Origin: Eledone cirrhosa
Taxonomy: Eukaryota
Direction: 5' to 3'
Length of the DNA: 64,000 bases
Assembly (NCBI GenBank): GCA_964016885.1
Contig: OZ024757.1
Location: forward strand, 19,964,001 to 20,028,000
Within the stretch, counting starts at the first letter, position 1, and each line of letters starts with the position of its first letter. The notes beneath the pieces are model-generated. The model searched no databases. It saw nothing but the letters and a program-made list of their open reading frames with translations, and was not told the DNA's origin. Shown here in pieces: positions 12,158-24,600 of this stretch. Position numbers and translations under genes: made by a program.

Positions 12158-13395
12158 GCTTGGTTGTTCCAGCACCTCAGCCTCGCCATCACCCAAGATA
12201 TTTTGGTGAAGCTCGTGAGGGCGCTTGGTTGTTCCAGCACCTCAGCCACGCCATTACCCGAGATAATTGGTGAAGCTCGTGAGGGCACTTGGTTGTTCCA
12301 GCACCTCAGCCACGCCATTACCCGAGATAATTGGTGAAGCTCTTGAGGGTGCTTGGTTGTTCCAGCACCTCAGCCACGCCATTACCCGAGATAATTGGGG
12401 AAGCTCGTGAGGGTGCTTGGTTGTTCCAGCACCTCAGCCACGCCATTACCCAAGATATTTTGGTGAAGCTCGTGAGGGCGCTTGGTTGTTCCAGCACCTC
12501 AGCCACGCCATTACCCGAGATAATTGGTGAAGCTCGTGAGGGTGCTTGGTTGTTCCAGCACCTCAGCCACGCCATCACCCAAGATATTTTGGTGAAGCTC
12601 GTGAGGGCACTTGGTTGTTCCAGCACCTCAGCCACGCCATTACCCGAGATAATTGGGGAAGCTCGTGAGGGTGCTTGGTTGTTCCAGCACCTCAGCCACG
12701 CCATTACCCGAGATAATTGGTGAAGCTCGTGAGGGCACTTGGTTGTTCCAGCACCTCAGCCACGCCATTACCCGAGATATTTTGGTGAAGCTCGTGAGGG
12801 CGCTTGGTTGTTCCAGCACCTCAGCCACGCCATTACCCGAGATAATTGGGGAAGCTCGTGAGGGTGCTTGGTTGTTCCAGCACCTCAGCCACGCCATTAC
12901 CCAAGATATTTTGGTGAAGCTCGTGAGGGCGCTTGGTTGTTCCAGCACCTCAGCCACGCCATTACCCGAGATAATTGGTGAAGCTCGTGAGGGTGCTTGG
13001 TTGTTCCAGCACCTCAGCCACGCCATCACCCGAGATAATTGGTGAAGCTCGTGAGGGTGCTTGGTTGTTCCAGCACCTCAGCCACGCCATCACCCGAGAT
13101 AATTGGTGAAGCTCGTGAGGGTGCTTGGTTGTTCCAGCACCTCAGCCACGCCATCACCCAAGATATTTTGGTGAAGCTCGTGAGGGCACTTGGTTGTTCC
13201 AGCACCTCAGCCACGCCATTACCCGAGATAATTGGGGAAGCTCGTGAGGGTGCTTGGTTGTTCCAGCACCTCAGCCACGCCATTACCCGAGATAATTGGT
13301 GAAGCTCGTGAGGGTGCTTGGTTGTTCCAGCACCTCAGCCTCGCCATCACCTGAGGTAACGTTGCGAGTGTGCTGGCTTGCCTCAAAAGATTATT
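12158..13395 (+). repeat. 64/65-bp tandem array (about 18 copies) derived from the C-terminus of a CRE-clade non-LTR retrotransposon
   Basis: The unit encodes GEAREGAWLFQHLSHAITR. The last unit continues HLSLAIT*GNVASVLACL, matching the CRE-type terminal motif QRLSxAIQRGNAASVL. Confidence 0.75.
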
Positions 13396-13554
13396 AGAGA
13401 GGTCTCCCAGTGCTCCTCGCGATACTGTTATCTTTTACTCTGCTAGCGGCTCGGTTGTCCACCCCTTTCAACTGTCTTTTGTTATATGTGGTCCCAGATG
13501 TGTTTATTACCCGTTTTCCTTTATATTATATTTATTTGTGCTTTCGTTCTGTAA

Positions 13555-13731
13555 AGTATCGGTAAGGGTCGGACGTCATGCTTTGACGCATAGAGTTACG
13601 GCCCTTGCCATTCTGAGTTCAAATCCCGCCGAGGTTAACTTTGCCTTTCATCCTTACGAGGGTCGATAAAATAAAGTCCCAGTAATGTACTGGATAATTG
13701 CTGGCCTTGTGCCAAAAGTAGAAACAATTAT
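13555..13731 (+). mobile_element. Abundant tRNA-derived SINE with a Meta-domain-like core
   Basis: B box gagttcaaatcc; aactttgcctttcatccttacggggtcgataaaataaagtaccag core; tail ggccttgtgccaaaagtagaaacaattat. Confidence 0.8.
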
Positions 13732-14016
13732 ATTTGTTTGTGCTTTCGTTCGGTAATCACTGTATTATTATATTTCTTTTTATACAATTGTGAATAAAGT
13801 GCTATTTATGTATATATTTAAAACTTAATAAACATTACGCATAATAAATAAATAAATAAATATGTCTATACTTTACTAATGTACTGAGTACTTTATTTAA
13901 CTGTAGTCACCTGCACATATACATCGGGGAATACACCTATCGTACATACATACATACATACATACAAATATATACGCTATTAAACAAATGGAAACTATAT
14001 TTATAAAACCATATTT

Positions 14017-14080
14017 ATTTCATTATACATATTTCAGGGATACCATATTAAAAATATGGCATGCCTTCTTCAGATAAAAT
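14017..14080 (-). ncRNA. Minimal type I hammerhead ribozyme
   Basis: Reverse complement: attttat-CTGAAGA-aggcatgccatatt-ttt-aatatggtatccct-GAAA-TATGTATA^-atgaaat. Confidence 0.68.
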
Positions 14081-14127
14081 ACAATATATAAGCAGTTTTA
14101 TAAATAAATAAACTGCTTATATATTGT

Positions 14128-14191
14128 ATTTTATCTGAAGAAGGCATGCCATATTTTTAATATGGTATCCCTGAAATATGTATAATGAAAT
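14128..14191 (+). ncRNA. Minimal type I hammerhead ribozyme (inverted partner of 14017-14080)
   Basis: The same motif on the plus strand: CTGAAGA at 14135, GAAA at 14173. Confidence 0.68.
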
Positions 14192-14320
14192 AAATATGGT
14201 TTTATAAATATAGTTTCCATTTGTTTAATATCGTATATCTACTCCAAAACTTGTTGAGTGCTTTATATCAGTTATAAAATATTTACTCGTTGTAACCCAA
14301 CAATTTTAAATAAAACTTTT

Positions 14321-14381
<61 letters not shown>

Positions 14382-14549
14382 TAAAGTTAGTCCTTCATCA
14401 GTGATCTTCCAACCATCATTGGTATTTCATCGCTTTAAAGACTATATAACTCCGGTTGGTGCGAGCAACGGCTAAAAAAAGTCGTTGGGACACGTAAATA
14501 AAGGGGACACGAGAGTGTAAACAAACAAAGATGGTGAAGCAACGAAAAG

Positions 14550-14604
<55 letters not shown>

Positions 14605-15289
14605 CGAAGGAGTTGTGGTAAGAAACCAGATGCACCATAACATACCAGAGTACACAATACTTAGGTTAGTAGAGTGGGTAATAGGAAAATGTATGACCCC
14701 GACGGCAGAGCTCAAGCCGTTTCAACGGCTATTTCTGGACTAATTTTACCATATATATATACATATATATATATCCCGGGTTCAATCGGGGGCAACCACA
14801 GTAAGTGAGGTACTCAATACATAGAGTATAAATATTTAATATAGAAATGGTTTCTACAAGACTAGAACTGTTTCATTCGGTAGAAATCATCAAGAATGTA
14901 TGTTTATATATAAATACATATATATATATATGTAATAAACAACATAAGGCAATTATTCCATTTACCAGTGGTTTCTTACATACACAAACAAAATATATAT
15001 ATATACATATACATAAAATGGAGGATAAAGCATTTTATTCTACAAAAATGAACGAGTAAATATAAATGGTGGAAAGCCTTGCTCAAGCTATATATATGAG
15101 TGAGTGTGTGAGCGCGTGTATGTGTGATTATGTATTTGAAGGCATATATATGTGTATGTGAGTGCATGTCCGTGTATGGGTGTGGCTATGTATATATGGG
15201 AGTGTATGCGTGTGGTAATGTGTCATATATACATACATATACATATACACACACACATATATCTATAGGGTGTGGTTATGTATGAGAGC

Positions 15290-15355
<66 letters not shown>

Positions 15356-15410
15356 GTGTGTGAGAGTGAATATCTGTCTATGTCAAATGAAATTAAACAG
15401 CTCACACCCA

Positions 15411-15598
15411 TTGGATTGGCAGTATCGGTAGAGGGTCGGACGCCATGCTTTGACGCATAGAGTTACGGCCCTTGCCATTCTGAGATCAAATCCCGCCGAG
15501 GTTAACTTTGCCTTTCATCCTTACGAGGTCGATAAAATAAAGTACCAGTAATGTACTGGGTTATTGCTGGCCTTGTGCCAATAGTAGAAACAATTATA
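15411..15598 (+). mobile_element. Same SINE family
   Basis: Near full-length copy. Confidence 0.8.
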
Positions 15599-15731
15599 TA
15601 CATATATATATATATATAACCAAAGATTAATATGGTTCGTTGATTACTCAATGAATACAATTTTACAATAGATGAAAAGCACTCAACAGTTAAAAAGTTT
15701 TCCTGGAGTTTTTAATATTATTCAAAATATT

Positions 15732-15774
<43 letters not shown>

Positions 15775-16013
15775 TATAAGCAGAAGGGGTATTCAATTTG
15801 CTGGTAATTCAAAAAATATAACTGTTTATAACTGATTCAGAGCACTCGACAAGTTTTCTGGAGTATAATATTCAGTGATATAGTTTCCATTTATTTAATA
15901 TCACTGAATATATACATTATATATATATATATATATATATATATGGTATCCCCGAAATATGTATAATGAAATAAATATGGTTTTATAAATATAGTTTCCA
16001 TTTGTTTAATATC

Positions 16014-16065
<52 letters not shown>

Positions 16066-16141
16066 ACTAAGTTTAGCTGCCCCTCCTACAAGATGGTATC
16101 ACAAGTTTCTCTCTCATGTGTTTTAATGAATGACAGATGCC

Positions 16142-16403
16142 CAGGGCCGGATTTACATTTGATGAGGCTCTAAGCTATTTGAGATAATGGGGCCCTTTAT
16201 ATGTTATAAAAAATGTTATAAAAACTGCAAAACGTTCAATATTAAAGCAGAAAACTGTTTAAAACTATTGCATTATTTTAGTTCTTTTTTATCTTATATT
16301 TTGGAAATGTACACACCGTTTTTTTTTTCAATTTTTTCAGGGCCCCAAGAAAGTGGGGACCCTAAGCTATAGTTTGTTTAGCTTATACGTAAATCCCACT
16401 CTG
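16142..16403. mobile_element. hAT-like MITE
   Basis: TIRs cagggccggatttac / gtaaatcccactctg; imperfect 8-bp TSD cagatgcc/ttgatgcc. Confidence 0.6.
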
Positions 16404-16469
16404 TTGATGCCCAGTATGAAAATCACAACGTGAAATGAAGCGTAACACAAGCGTAACATAACACACGAT

Positions 16470-16526
<57 letters not shown>

Positions 16527-16529
<3 letters not shown>

Positions 16530-16656
16530 TGAAGATGACTGTCGATCGAGCAGGAATTTCGACTAGAGTAGAAATAGGTAGTAATCTAACCACTACCATG
16601 CTAGTCGATACATTGATCTTCCACGATCAATCGACCCTCTGAAACGATCGTAAAGC
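16527..16656 (+). ncRNA. Hammerhead-like motif with extended stem II, stem I eroded by (TA)n
   Basis: CTGAAGA at 16529; nested helices gtcgat/atcgac, tcgactag/ctagtcga and ggtagt/actacc; GAAA-C-GATC-G-TA^ at 16641-16652. Confidence 0.5.
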
Positions 16657-17010
16657 AATGAACTAGTTAACTCTGACTTGTGTCTTGTTTTCGTTCTTCT
16701 TTACACACACACATATACATATGTATTTACACATACATATATGTGTATGTGTATTTACACACACATGTATACAGATAGAAGGGGGGGGGGGGAGAAATTA
16801 ATATAATTGTATAAGTGGTTTTTTTTCCTACAGACACACACGCACGAAAAAAAGGAATGCGAGTACTCAATACGTTCTATAGAGTGAAGAATATATATAT
16901 ATTTATATATGTATGTGTGTGTGTTACTACTGGTTCCAGACGTGAATGACTTCATCTTAAATAAATAGAAATGGTGCCATCTGCATTAACCTTTCTTCTC
17001 GTATATCACG

Positions 17011-17053
<43 letters not shown>

Positions 17054-17190
17054 ACAAATGTCAGGAATCAAAACATATCAAATATGTTAGAATGTTATGC
17101 TCCTCAATAAACAAGCTCAAAAGACTTCATCCAGAGCCATAATAAATCAAATGTAAAAGATATATGCATATATAGAGAGAGAGAGACACA

Positions 17191-17235
<45 letters not shown>

Positions 17236-17284
17236 CAAGAAGCCAAGTTCTTTTAAATCAAAGCCATCTCTAATCTCTACAATT

Positions 17285-17339
<55 letters not shown>

Positions 17340-17703
17340 TGTAAAAGGTAAACAGACAGCCGCCCCATTTTTGTCAAAATCCCGACCGCGGAACCCAAGG
17401 GTTTCGGCTTTTGTGTTCAGCAAACATTTTCATACACATATAAACGTAAGAAACTCAATCTGTATGTACAGAGTTACATATACACCATAAACAGTAGAAA
17501 ATTGCCAAATATTCTCACCGCAATGTGAATGTGTTTATGAAATCTATATTAATTAGAAGAATAAGACATGGCTTTAAGGGAACAGAGGGGGGAGATAGAC
17601 GTAATCACAATGTGTGTGTATGTATATATATATATATATATATATATAAATCAAGAAAGAAGAGTGACACGGTTTGCTATACAATAAGGGCTTTAATCAC
17701 ATT

Positions 17704-17809
17704 GCTGACAATTGTTTCTCTGAACTGGTAGGTCTAGAGATCGCTATCCGCCTGTTTCTGCGTCGATCGATCACCAACACATAGTTATAACCAGTCAATT
17801 CATCAGAGC
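17704..17809 (-). ncRNA. Type I hammerhead with extended stem II
   Basis: Reverse complement: gct-CTGATGA-..actgg...ccagt..-GAAA-C-AATT-G-TC^-agc. A second copy on the plus strand at about 57503-57650 lacks the CTGATGA box. Confidence 0.55.
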
Positions 17810-17825
17810 TTGCGAGAATGAAGGG

Positions 17826-17856
<31 letters not shown>

Positions 17857-18038
17857 ATTCAGGACCCCAACGGCTGAGCTCCGGCCGTTTCAACAGCTGC
17901 GTCCATTCTGATATATATATATATTATATATATGGAAAAGCTGAGCTCCGGCCGTTTTCCCTATTACCCACTCTACTCCCTTAAGTATCGAGTCCTCTGG
18001 TGCGTTATGGTCCACCTCGTTTTTTATCACACCTTCTT

Positions 18039-18093
<55 letters not shown>

Positions 18094-18094
18094 A

Positions 18095-18149
<55 letters not shown>

Positions 18150-18347
18150 CAAATATCTTGCTTATATATGAGTGTGTGAAACAGTATTGAGTACCTTTAT
18201 TTTTAACCGTTGTCACCTCCCGACACCCATGAGGAATCCACCTATTATATACAGGCTGTGCCCCAAAAATGTATACACACTTCAATCGCATTCTAATAAA
18301 TATTGCCTGTATATGTAATCAAATTATGTATACATTTTTGACACCCG

Positions 18348-18378
<31 letters not shown>

Positions 18379-18541
18379 GTCCTTTACTCCGTTATTTTAC
18401 TTGATATAATATATATATATATATATATGAAGGATTCGAGACCTCGACGGTTGAGCTCCTTCCGTTTCAACAGCTAGATCCTTCATATCACCCACTCTAC
18501 TACCCTAAGTATCGAGTACTCTGGTGAACAATGGTCTAACT

Positions 18542-18586
<45 letters not shown>

Positions 18587-18708
18587 CTAAGGAGGTGTGA
18601 TAAGGAACCAGAGTACTCAATACTTCGGGTAGTAGAGTAGGTAATAGGACTGAGTCCAGAAATAGCCATCGAAACGGCTTGAGCTCTGCCGTCGGAGTCA
18701 AGCATTTT

Positions 18709-18832
<124 letters not shown>

Positions 18833-19349
18833 CCAGTCAGACCATTATTCACCAGAGTAGAATGGGTCATATGAAGAATTCGGGACCCCGACGGCTGACC
18901 ACCTGCCGTTACAACAGTTAAATCCGAACCGTATGTGTGTATGTGTATAAAATGTTGAACTTAGCTTATAGCTATACCCAATAGTGTATATATATTATTA
19001 TATTCATAACAAAGTACTTAAAATTTAGTATAGTGTGCTACTAAAAATTTAGTATAGTGTGCGTTTGTGTATGTATGGCGTGTATATTATAGTTTTAATA
19101 ACCTACTTGAAATATATTGGAACATAGATAACTTTAGATATATACCCAGTAGAATACCTAATAGTGAGTGTGTATATAGGTATATATTATCTTTTAAATA
19201 AACTACTTTAAATGTTGAACTTCGATCAAAGATGACCCCACCACCTACCACCACCACCACCACACCTTGTAGGTGGAAGTTGTGATAAGCGGGAAAGTAA
19301 GAGGTGCGTATGTGTGTGTGTGTGTGTGTGTGTGACAATAGCAGTCGGG

Positions 19350-19895
19350 TAGATAGATATATTTGGTAAATAGATGGATAGATAGGTATATTGATGGATA
19401 TATATCCATACAGATGGATAGACAGACAGACAGACAGACAGATAGATGGATAGACAGACAGACAGATAGATGGATAGACAGACAGACAGATGGATAGACA
19501 GACAGACATATGGATAGACAGACAGACAGATGGATGGATAGACAGACAGACAGACAGATGGATAGACAGACAGATAGATAGATACACAGACAGATGGACA
19601 GACAGACAGATGGATAGACAGATAGATGGATAGATACACAGATAGATGGATAGATAGACAGACAGATGGATAGATGGATAGACAGACAGACAGATGGATA
19701 GACAGACAGATAGATAGATACACAGATAGATGGACAGACGGACAGACAGACAGATAGATGGTTAAATAGACAGACAGATGGATAGACAGGCAAATGGATA
19801 GATAGACAGACAGATGGATAGATAGACAGACAGATGCAGAGATAGACAGACAGACAGACAATTAGAAAAATAGATATAGATAGATAGATAGATAA
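19350..19895. repeat. Compound (GATA)/(GACA)/(GATG) microsatellite
   Basis: Seen directly; it begins about 90 bp into the tetraspanin intron. Confidence 0.9.
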
Positions 19896-19986
19896 AGCTT
19901 AAAATACAGGTTCTTCTAATTCTTCAAGAAGTCAGTGGCGGCGGAGGAGTAGAAGAGATAGAAAATATAATTGTTTCTATACTTAC

Positions 19987-20049
19987 CACAAAAATAAAGT
20001 TAAATGCAAACAGCAAGTATTTAATACATTTCATTCCAGCTTCTACCAT
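19987..20049 (-). CDS. CD63: First coding exon of a CD63-like tetraspanin (N-terminus and TM1)
   Basis: The minus strand reads ATG GTA GAA GCT GGA ATG AAA TGT ATT AAA TAC TTG CTG TTT GCA TTT AAC TTT ATT TTT GTG|GTAAGT = MVEAGMKCIKYLLFAFNFIFV. This matches the CD63-type start (MxVEGGMKCVKxLL...FN) and ends in a consensus phase-0 donor. No exon 2 was recognised in 1-19986. Tetraspanin is secure; exact CD63 orthology is less so. Confidence 0.85.
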
Positions 20050-20310
20050 CCTGATAGTTTTGTATGGTCACCTTTTTTACAAAATAAACTTATTATATAA
20101 ATAAAAATACTTTTCTTAACGAAAGAAAAGTCAAAAAATGATAGAGTCTTAGTTGACTATCACTAATGACTACAATCAATGCTAGTAAAAGCGAGACCAC
20201 TTGATATATATAGGTAGACTCATCTCCTGGTATCATTCCGCACTAGCAGAAAAATAATCCTTCCGCGCTCTCAAGGTAGAACTATTTCGTGACTGTGAAA
20301 AATAAAATAA
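20050..20310 (-). promoter_or_regulatory. Putative 5'UTR/core promoter of the tetraspanin
   Basis: Unique sequence directly upstream of the ATG, with a TATATA run near 20205-20212 and no strong acceptor next to the ATG. The argument is positional only. Confidence 0.3.
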
Positions 20311-21300
20311 AATTAAATTAAAAAAATAATTAATAATAATTATCTTTGATCAGCGTTATTTTGGCACATTTGATCGATCTAGTAAATTTATATATATATA
20401 TATATATACTATATTTGTGAGGTTCCTAAGCAATAATTTAGGTGTGTGTGTGTGTAGTAATATATTTATACAACTGCGAATAATAAAAAAATAAATAAAT
20501 TACTATTACTCTAAGCAATAGTGTGTGTGTGTGTGTATAAATATAAATGGCAATTATATACACACACACGCGCACACACACACGCACGCGCACACACACA
20601 CACACACACACACGCACGCACATACACACACACACATAACAATACACACAAAGGAGAAGTTTTTTCACTTTCGCAAAATATGACAATTATATCTCTTGAA
20701 TTGATGAGTACTTTGGTTAAAAAGTAATTAGGCATTCTTCAAAATATGGATTAACATATGTGACAAAAAATAACACAGGAACAAATCCATTTTCTTCAAA
20801 CATCTTCTTCCGATACCGAACGTTGCTCAAAGATTAATAATATATTTGACGTTTTACCGAAACAAATATGGATCAAATTAGATCTTGCGGAAAAAGAACA
20901 AGCCCATTGTTATATTTGGGGAGGGCCATGTTGTCTTCATATTGAAAAAAATATAGTAAAACACACTTACTGTTTCGTTTGGTTTGAGTTTCGCTTTCAG
21001 TATATTTTTGATCATCATCATCAGTTACTTGACTTCTGTAGTCGTCCGTCAACAAATCTGGTGTCATTATTTGCGTCCATTCTTTGACATTGTCCAACCA
21101 GTTTTTGCGTTGGTGTCTCCTTCTGCATCCACCTTTAACGGTGCCTTGCGTGATGGTCTTGCACAGTCTATCATGTCGTGTGACGTGGTCAAACCACGCC
21201 AGTTTCCTCCTCTTGACAGTGGCAAGGAGAGGTTCTTGGTGACCCACAAAACTTTTAACCTTTCTCCGCACGTATTCATTGGTTTTACGTTCCTAATAGG

Positions 21301-21657
21301 AAATACGAAGGAGTTTTCTCTAGATAATACGAAGGAGTTTTCTCTAGATAATACGAAGGAGTTTTCTCTAGATAATACGAAGGAGATTTCTCTAGATAAT
21401 ACGAAGGAGATTTCTCTAGATAATACGAAGGAGTTTTCTCTAGATAATACGAAGAAGTTTTCTCTAGATAATACGAAGGAGATTTCTCTAAATAATACGA
21501 AGGAGTTTTCTCTAGATAATACGAAGGAGTTTTCTCTAGATAATACGAAGGAGTTTTCTCTAGATAATACGAAGGAGATTTCTCTAGATAATACGAAGGA
21601 GATTTCTCTAGATAATACGAAGGAGTTTTCTCTAGATAATACGAAGGAGTTTTCTCA
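21301..21657. repeat. 24-bp tandem array (about 15 copies) inside the RTE ORF
   Basis: Unit aatacgaaggagttttctctagat, corresponding to the RKLLRI segment. Confidence 0.9.
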
Positions 21658-22465
21658 TGCATTCGTCCTTAAATGCCTGGATCCTTCTCTCTGTTTCTGC
21701 CAAAAGTGTCCAGATCTCACACCCATATAGGAGGACGGAGACTACTAGCGATTTTTACAATCTGTACTTGATCTGAAAACTTATGTTGCTCCTCTATATT
21801 CTTGCCAATTTAGCCATCACTGCAATAGCTGCGGCAATCCGCGTGTGGATTTCTGTATTGCAGGTACCATCTTTTGACAAGACTACACCCAAGTATTTCA
21901 AACTGGACACTCCCTCCAATGAATGTCCGTCCGATCATGGTGATGTTGTCACAAGTGCTACTTGTGCTATTCACCATTACTTTGGATTACTCGGAGCTGA
22001 CCTCCATTCCGAATTCTCTTGCTTTTTCAACAAGTTTATTGGTCAAGTCTTGGAGCTCGTTATTTCTGCCTGCTATGAGGTCAATGTCGTCTGCAAAACG
22101 TAGGTTACAGACAGGTCTACTCTATGAAGTCAATGTCGTCTGTAAAACGTAGGTTACAGACAGGTCTACTCTATGAAGTCAATGTCGTCTGCAAAACGTA
22201 GGTTACAGACAGGTCTACCACCGACAAAGATTGAGGTATCATGGTCGTTAAAGGTTTCTTGCATGGTTCTTTCTAAAACCAGGTTGAACAACGTGGGTGA
22301 AAGTATGCACCGTTGTCTCACGCCAACAGTTGTCCGGAAGAAGTTCCACGTGTTTTCCCCCAAAGAACTGCGTTGAATTCATATGTTCCTGCTTTTTCAA
22401 CAAGTTTGTTGGTTAAGTCTTGGAGCCCGTTGTTGCTGCCTGCTATGAGGTCAATGTCGTCTCCA

Positions 22466-22689
22466 CAAGGGTCTTGTTTCAGGGGGGTACCAGGGGACAA
22501 GTCCCCCCCCACACACACACACACCTTTTCAAACGTCTATTTTTTTTGTTTTTTTAATAAATTCTTTTTAAACTTATTTTTTTATATCTGAACTTCCGGG
22601 AAAGGCTCCATAAGCAATTTATGCTCCTTTAAGAATCAACAAATGTTGGTTTGTCCCCACTCACATTTTAAAGGCAAACAAGGCCCCTG
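22466..22689. mobile_element. hAT-like MITE nested in the RTE (partial copy near 51080-51140)
   Basis: TIRs caagggtcttgttt / aaacaaggcccctg; 8-bp TSD cgtctcca/cgtctaca. Confidence 0.75.
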
Positions 22690-23235
22690 CGTCTACAAAA
22701 CGTAGTTTACAGACAGGTCTACCACCGACAGAGGTTGAGGTATCATGGTCGTTGAGGATTAGTTGCAGGATTCATTCTAAAACCAGGTTGAACAACGTGG
22801 GTGAAAGTACGTACCACTGTCTCACGCCAACAGTTGTCCGAAATAAGTCCCCCACTTTTTTTCACAAAAGACCAGTGCTGGTGTCATTCTTATAAAGGGC
22901 CTGGATGACTTAGATAATTCCATTTTCTACACTGATTTCCCTAAAAATATACCAAAGACCGTCAAGCTATACACGATCAAACGCCGCCTTAAAATCGACG
23001 TAGTTGTGGAACACGTCTGTCTTATGTTAAAGGGGTTTCTCTACGAGGATCCGACAACAGAAGACTTGTTCCATTGTACTTCATACGTATGTTTTATAAT
23101 TAATGTAGCAGGCAATCTATGTTTATCATTGAGCTGTGTGTATAACCTACTCACGTGTATTTTAACGCTTTCATTTCCTCTTTTTTTTTCTTTCCCTTTC
23201 CTTTGTATATATATTATGTCTGTTTGTGTTTTGTG

Positions 23236-23552
23236 AATTGGCAGTATTGGTAGAGGGTCAGACACGCTTTCCAGCGTAGTTACGTCCCTTTACGATCTGA
23301 GTTCAAATCCCGCTGAGGTTAACTTTGCCTTTCATCCTTACGGGGTCGATAAAATAAAGTACCAGTAATGTACTGGGTAATTGTTGGCCTTGTGCTAAAA
23401 GTAGAAACAATTATATTATTATATTTGTTACTGTCTGAGTTCAAATCCTGTCGAGGTTAACTTTGCCTTTCATCCTTACGGGGTTGATAAAATAAAGCAC
23501 CAGTAATGTACTGGGTAATTGTTGGCTTTGTGTCAAAAGTAGAAACAATTAT
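23236..23552 (+). mobile_element. Two tandem copies of the same SINE
   Basis: A full copy followed by a 5'-truncated copy. Confidence 0.8.
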
Positions 23553-23714
23553 TATATTTTTTATACAACTGTGAATAAAACATTACGTTAAAATTATAAA
23601 TATAAATAGAATTTCTTAAAGTTCTTTCGTTACACATCGTCACAAATTAAGTTTTCGTTTAAACGTATACAACGCCAGATAAACAGGCTTCCAACATTTA
23701 GCTACGCCCCTTTA

Positions 23715-24600
23715 CAATTCAGAGAAGTAGCAGCTCTACCTGGAGTCGCTCTCTCATCTCTAAACTACACATTCTTTCCTGAGACATTCTAACCACATGT
23801 CCATAGTATCAGAGCTGTGATCTCTCAATTTGGAGAAGTAACAGCTCTACTTGGAGTGACTCTCTGATCTACACATTCTTTCCTGAGAAATTCTAACCTC
23901 ATGCCCATAGAATCAGAGCTGTGATCTCTCAATTCAGAGAAGTAGCAGCTCTACCTGGAGTGACTCTGTTCTCTGAACTACACATTCTTTCCTGAGACAT
24001 TCTAACCACATACCCATAGTATCGGAGCTGTGATCTCTCAATTTTGTGAGGTAGCAGCTCTACCTGGAGTGACTTTCTGATTTCCAAGCTACAAATCTGT
24101 CCAGTGATTCTTTCCTGGGAAATTCTAACCTCATGCCCATAGAATCAGAGCTGTGATCTCTCAATTCAGAGAAGTAGCAGCTCTACCTGGAGTGACTCTC
24201 TGTTCTCTGAACTACACATTCTTTCCTGAGACATTCTAACCATATACCCATAGTATCAGAGCTGTGATCTCTCAATTCAGAGAAGTAGCAGCTCTACCTG
24301 GAGTGACTCTGTTCTCTGAACTACACATTCTTTCCTGAGACATTCTAACCATATACCCATAGTATCGGAGCTGTGATCTCTCAATTTTGTGAGGTAGCAG
24401 CTCTACCTGGAGTGACTTTCTGATAACTGAGCTACAAATCTGTCCAGTGATTCTTTCCTGAGACATTCTAACCATATGCCCATAGAATCAGAGCTGTGAT
24501 CTCTCAATTCAGAGAAGTAGCAGCTCTACCTAGAGTAACTCTCTGTTCTCCGAGTTACATATTCTTTCTTGAGACATTCTAACCACATGCCCATAGTACC
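23715..24600 (-). repeat. About 110-bp tandem array (about 8 copies) derived from an RTE ORF
   Basis: The unit encodes SLQVELLLxxIERSQLRYYGxxVRMSQER. Confidence 0.85.

Larger units (their letters stand above)
13969..14238. repeat. Near-perfect inverted repeat of a Penelope-like terminal repeat (about 270 bp)
   Basis: Arms of about 125 bp, in the same family as 1259-1569 (aaatggaaactatatttataaaaccatattt). A further fragment lies at 15943-16016. Confidence 0.85.
21013..23030 (-). mobile_element. Degraded RTE-clade LINE with internal duplications
   Basis: GVRQxCILSPTLFN, NLRFADDID (repeated) and VKRRKLAWFDHVTRHD motifs, and a (GAT)n tail. Confidence 0.85.

Noticed and set aside
12158-13352. 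CRISPR-like appearance of the regular arrays (also 39085-40835 and 62500-64000)
   Set aside because: The units are contiguous with no unique spacers, there are no cas genes, and the context is eukaryotic.
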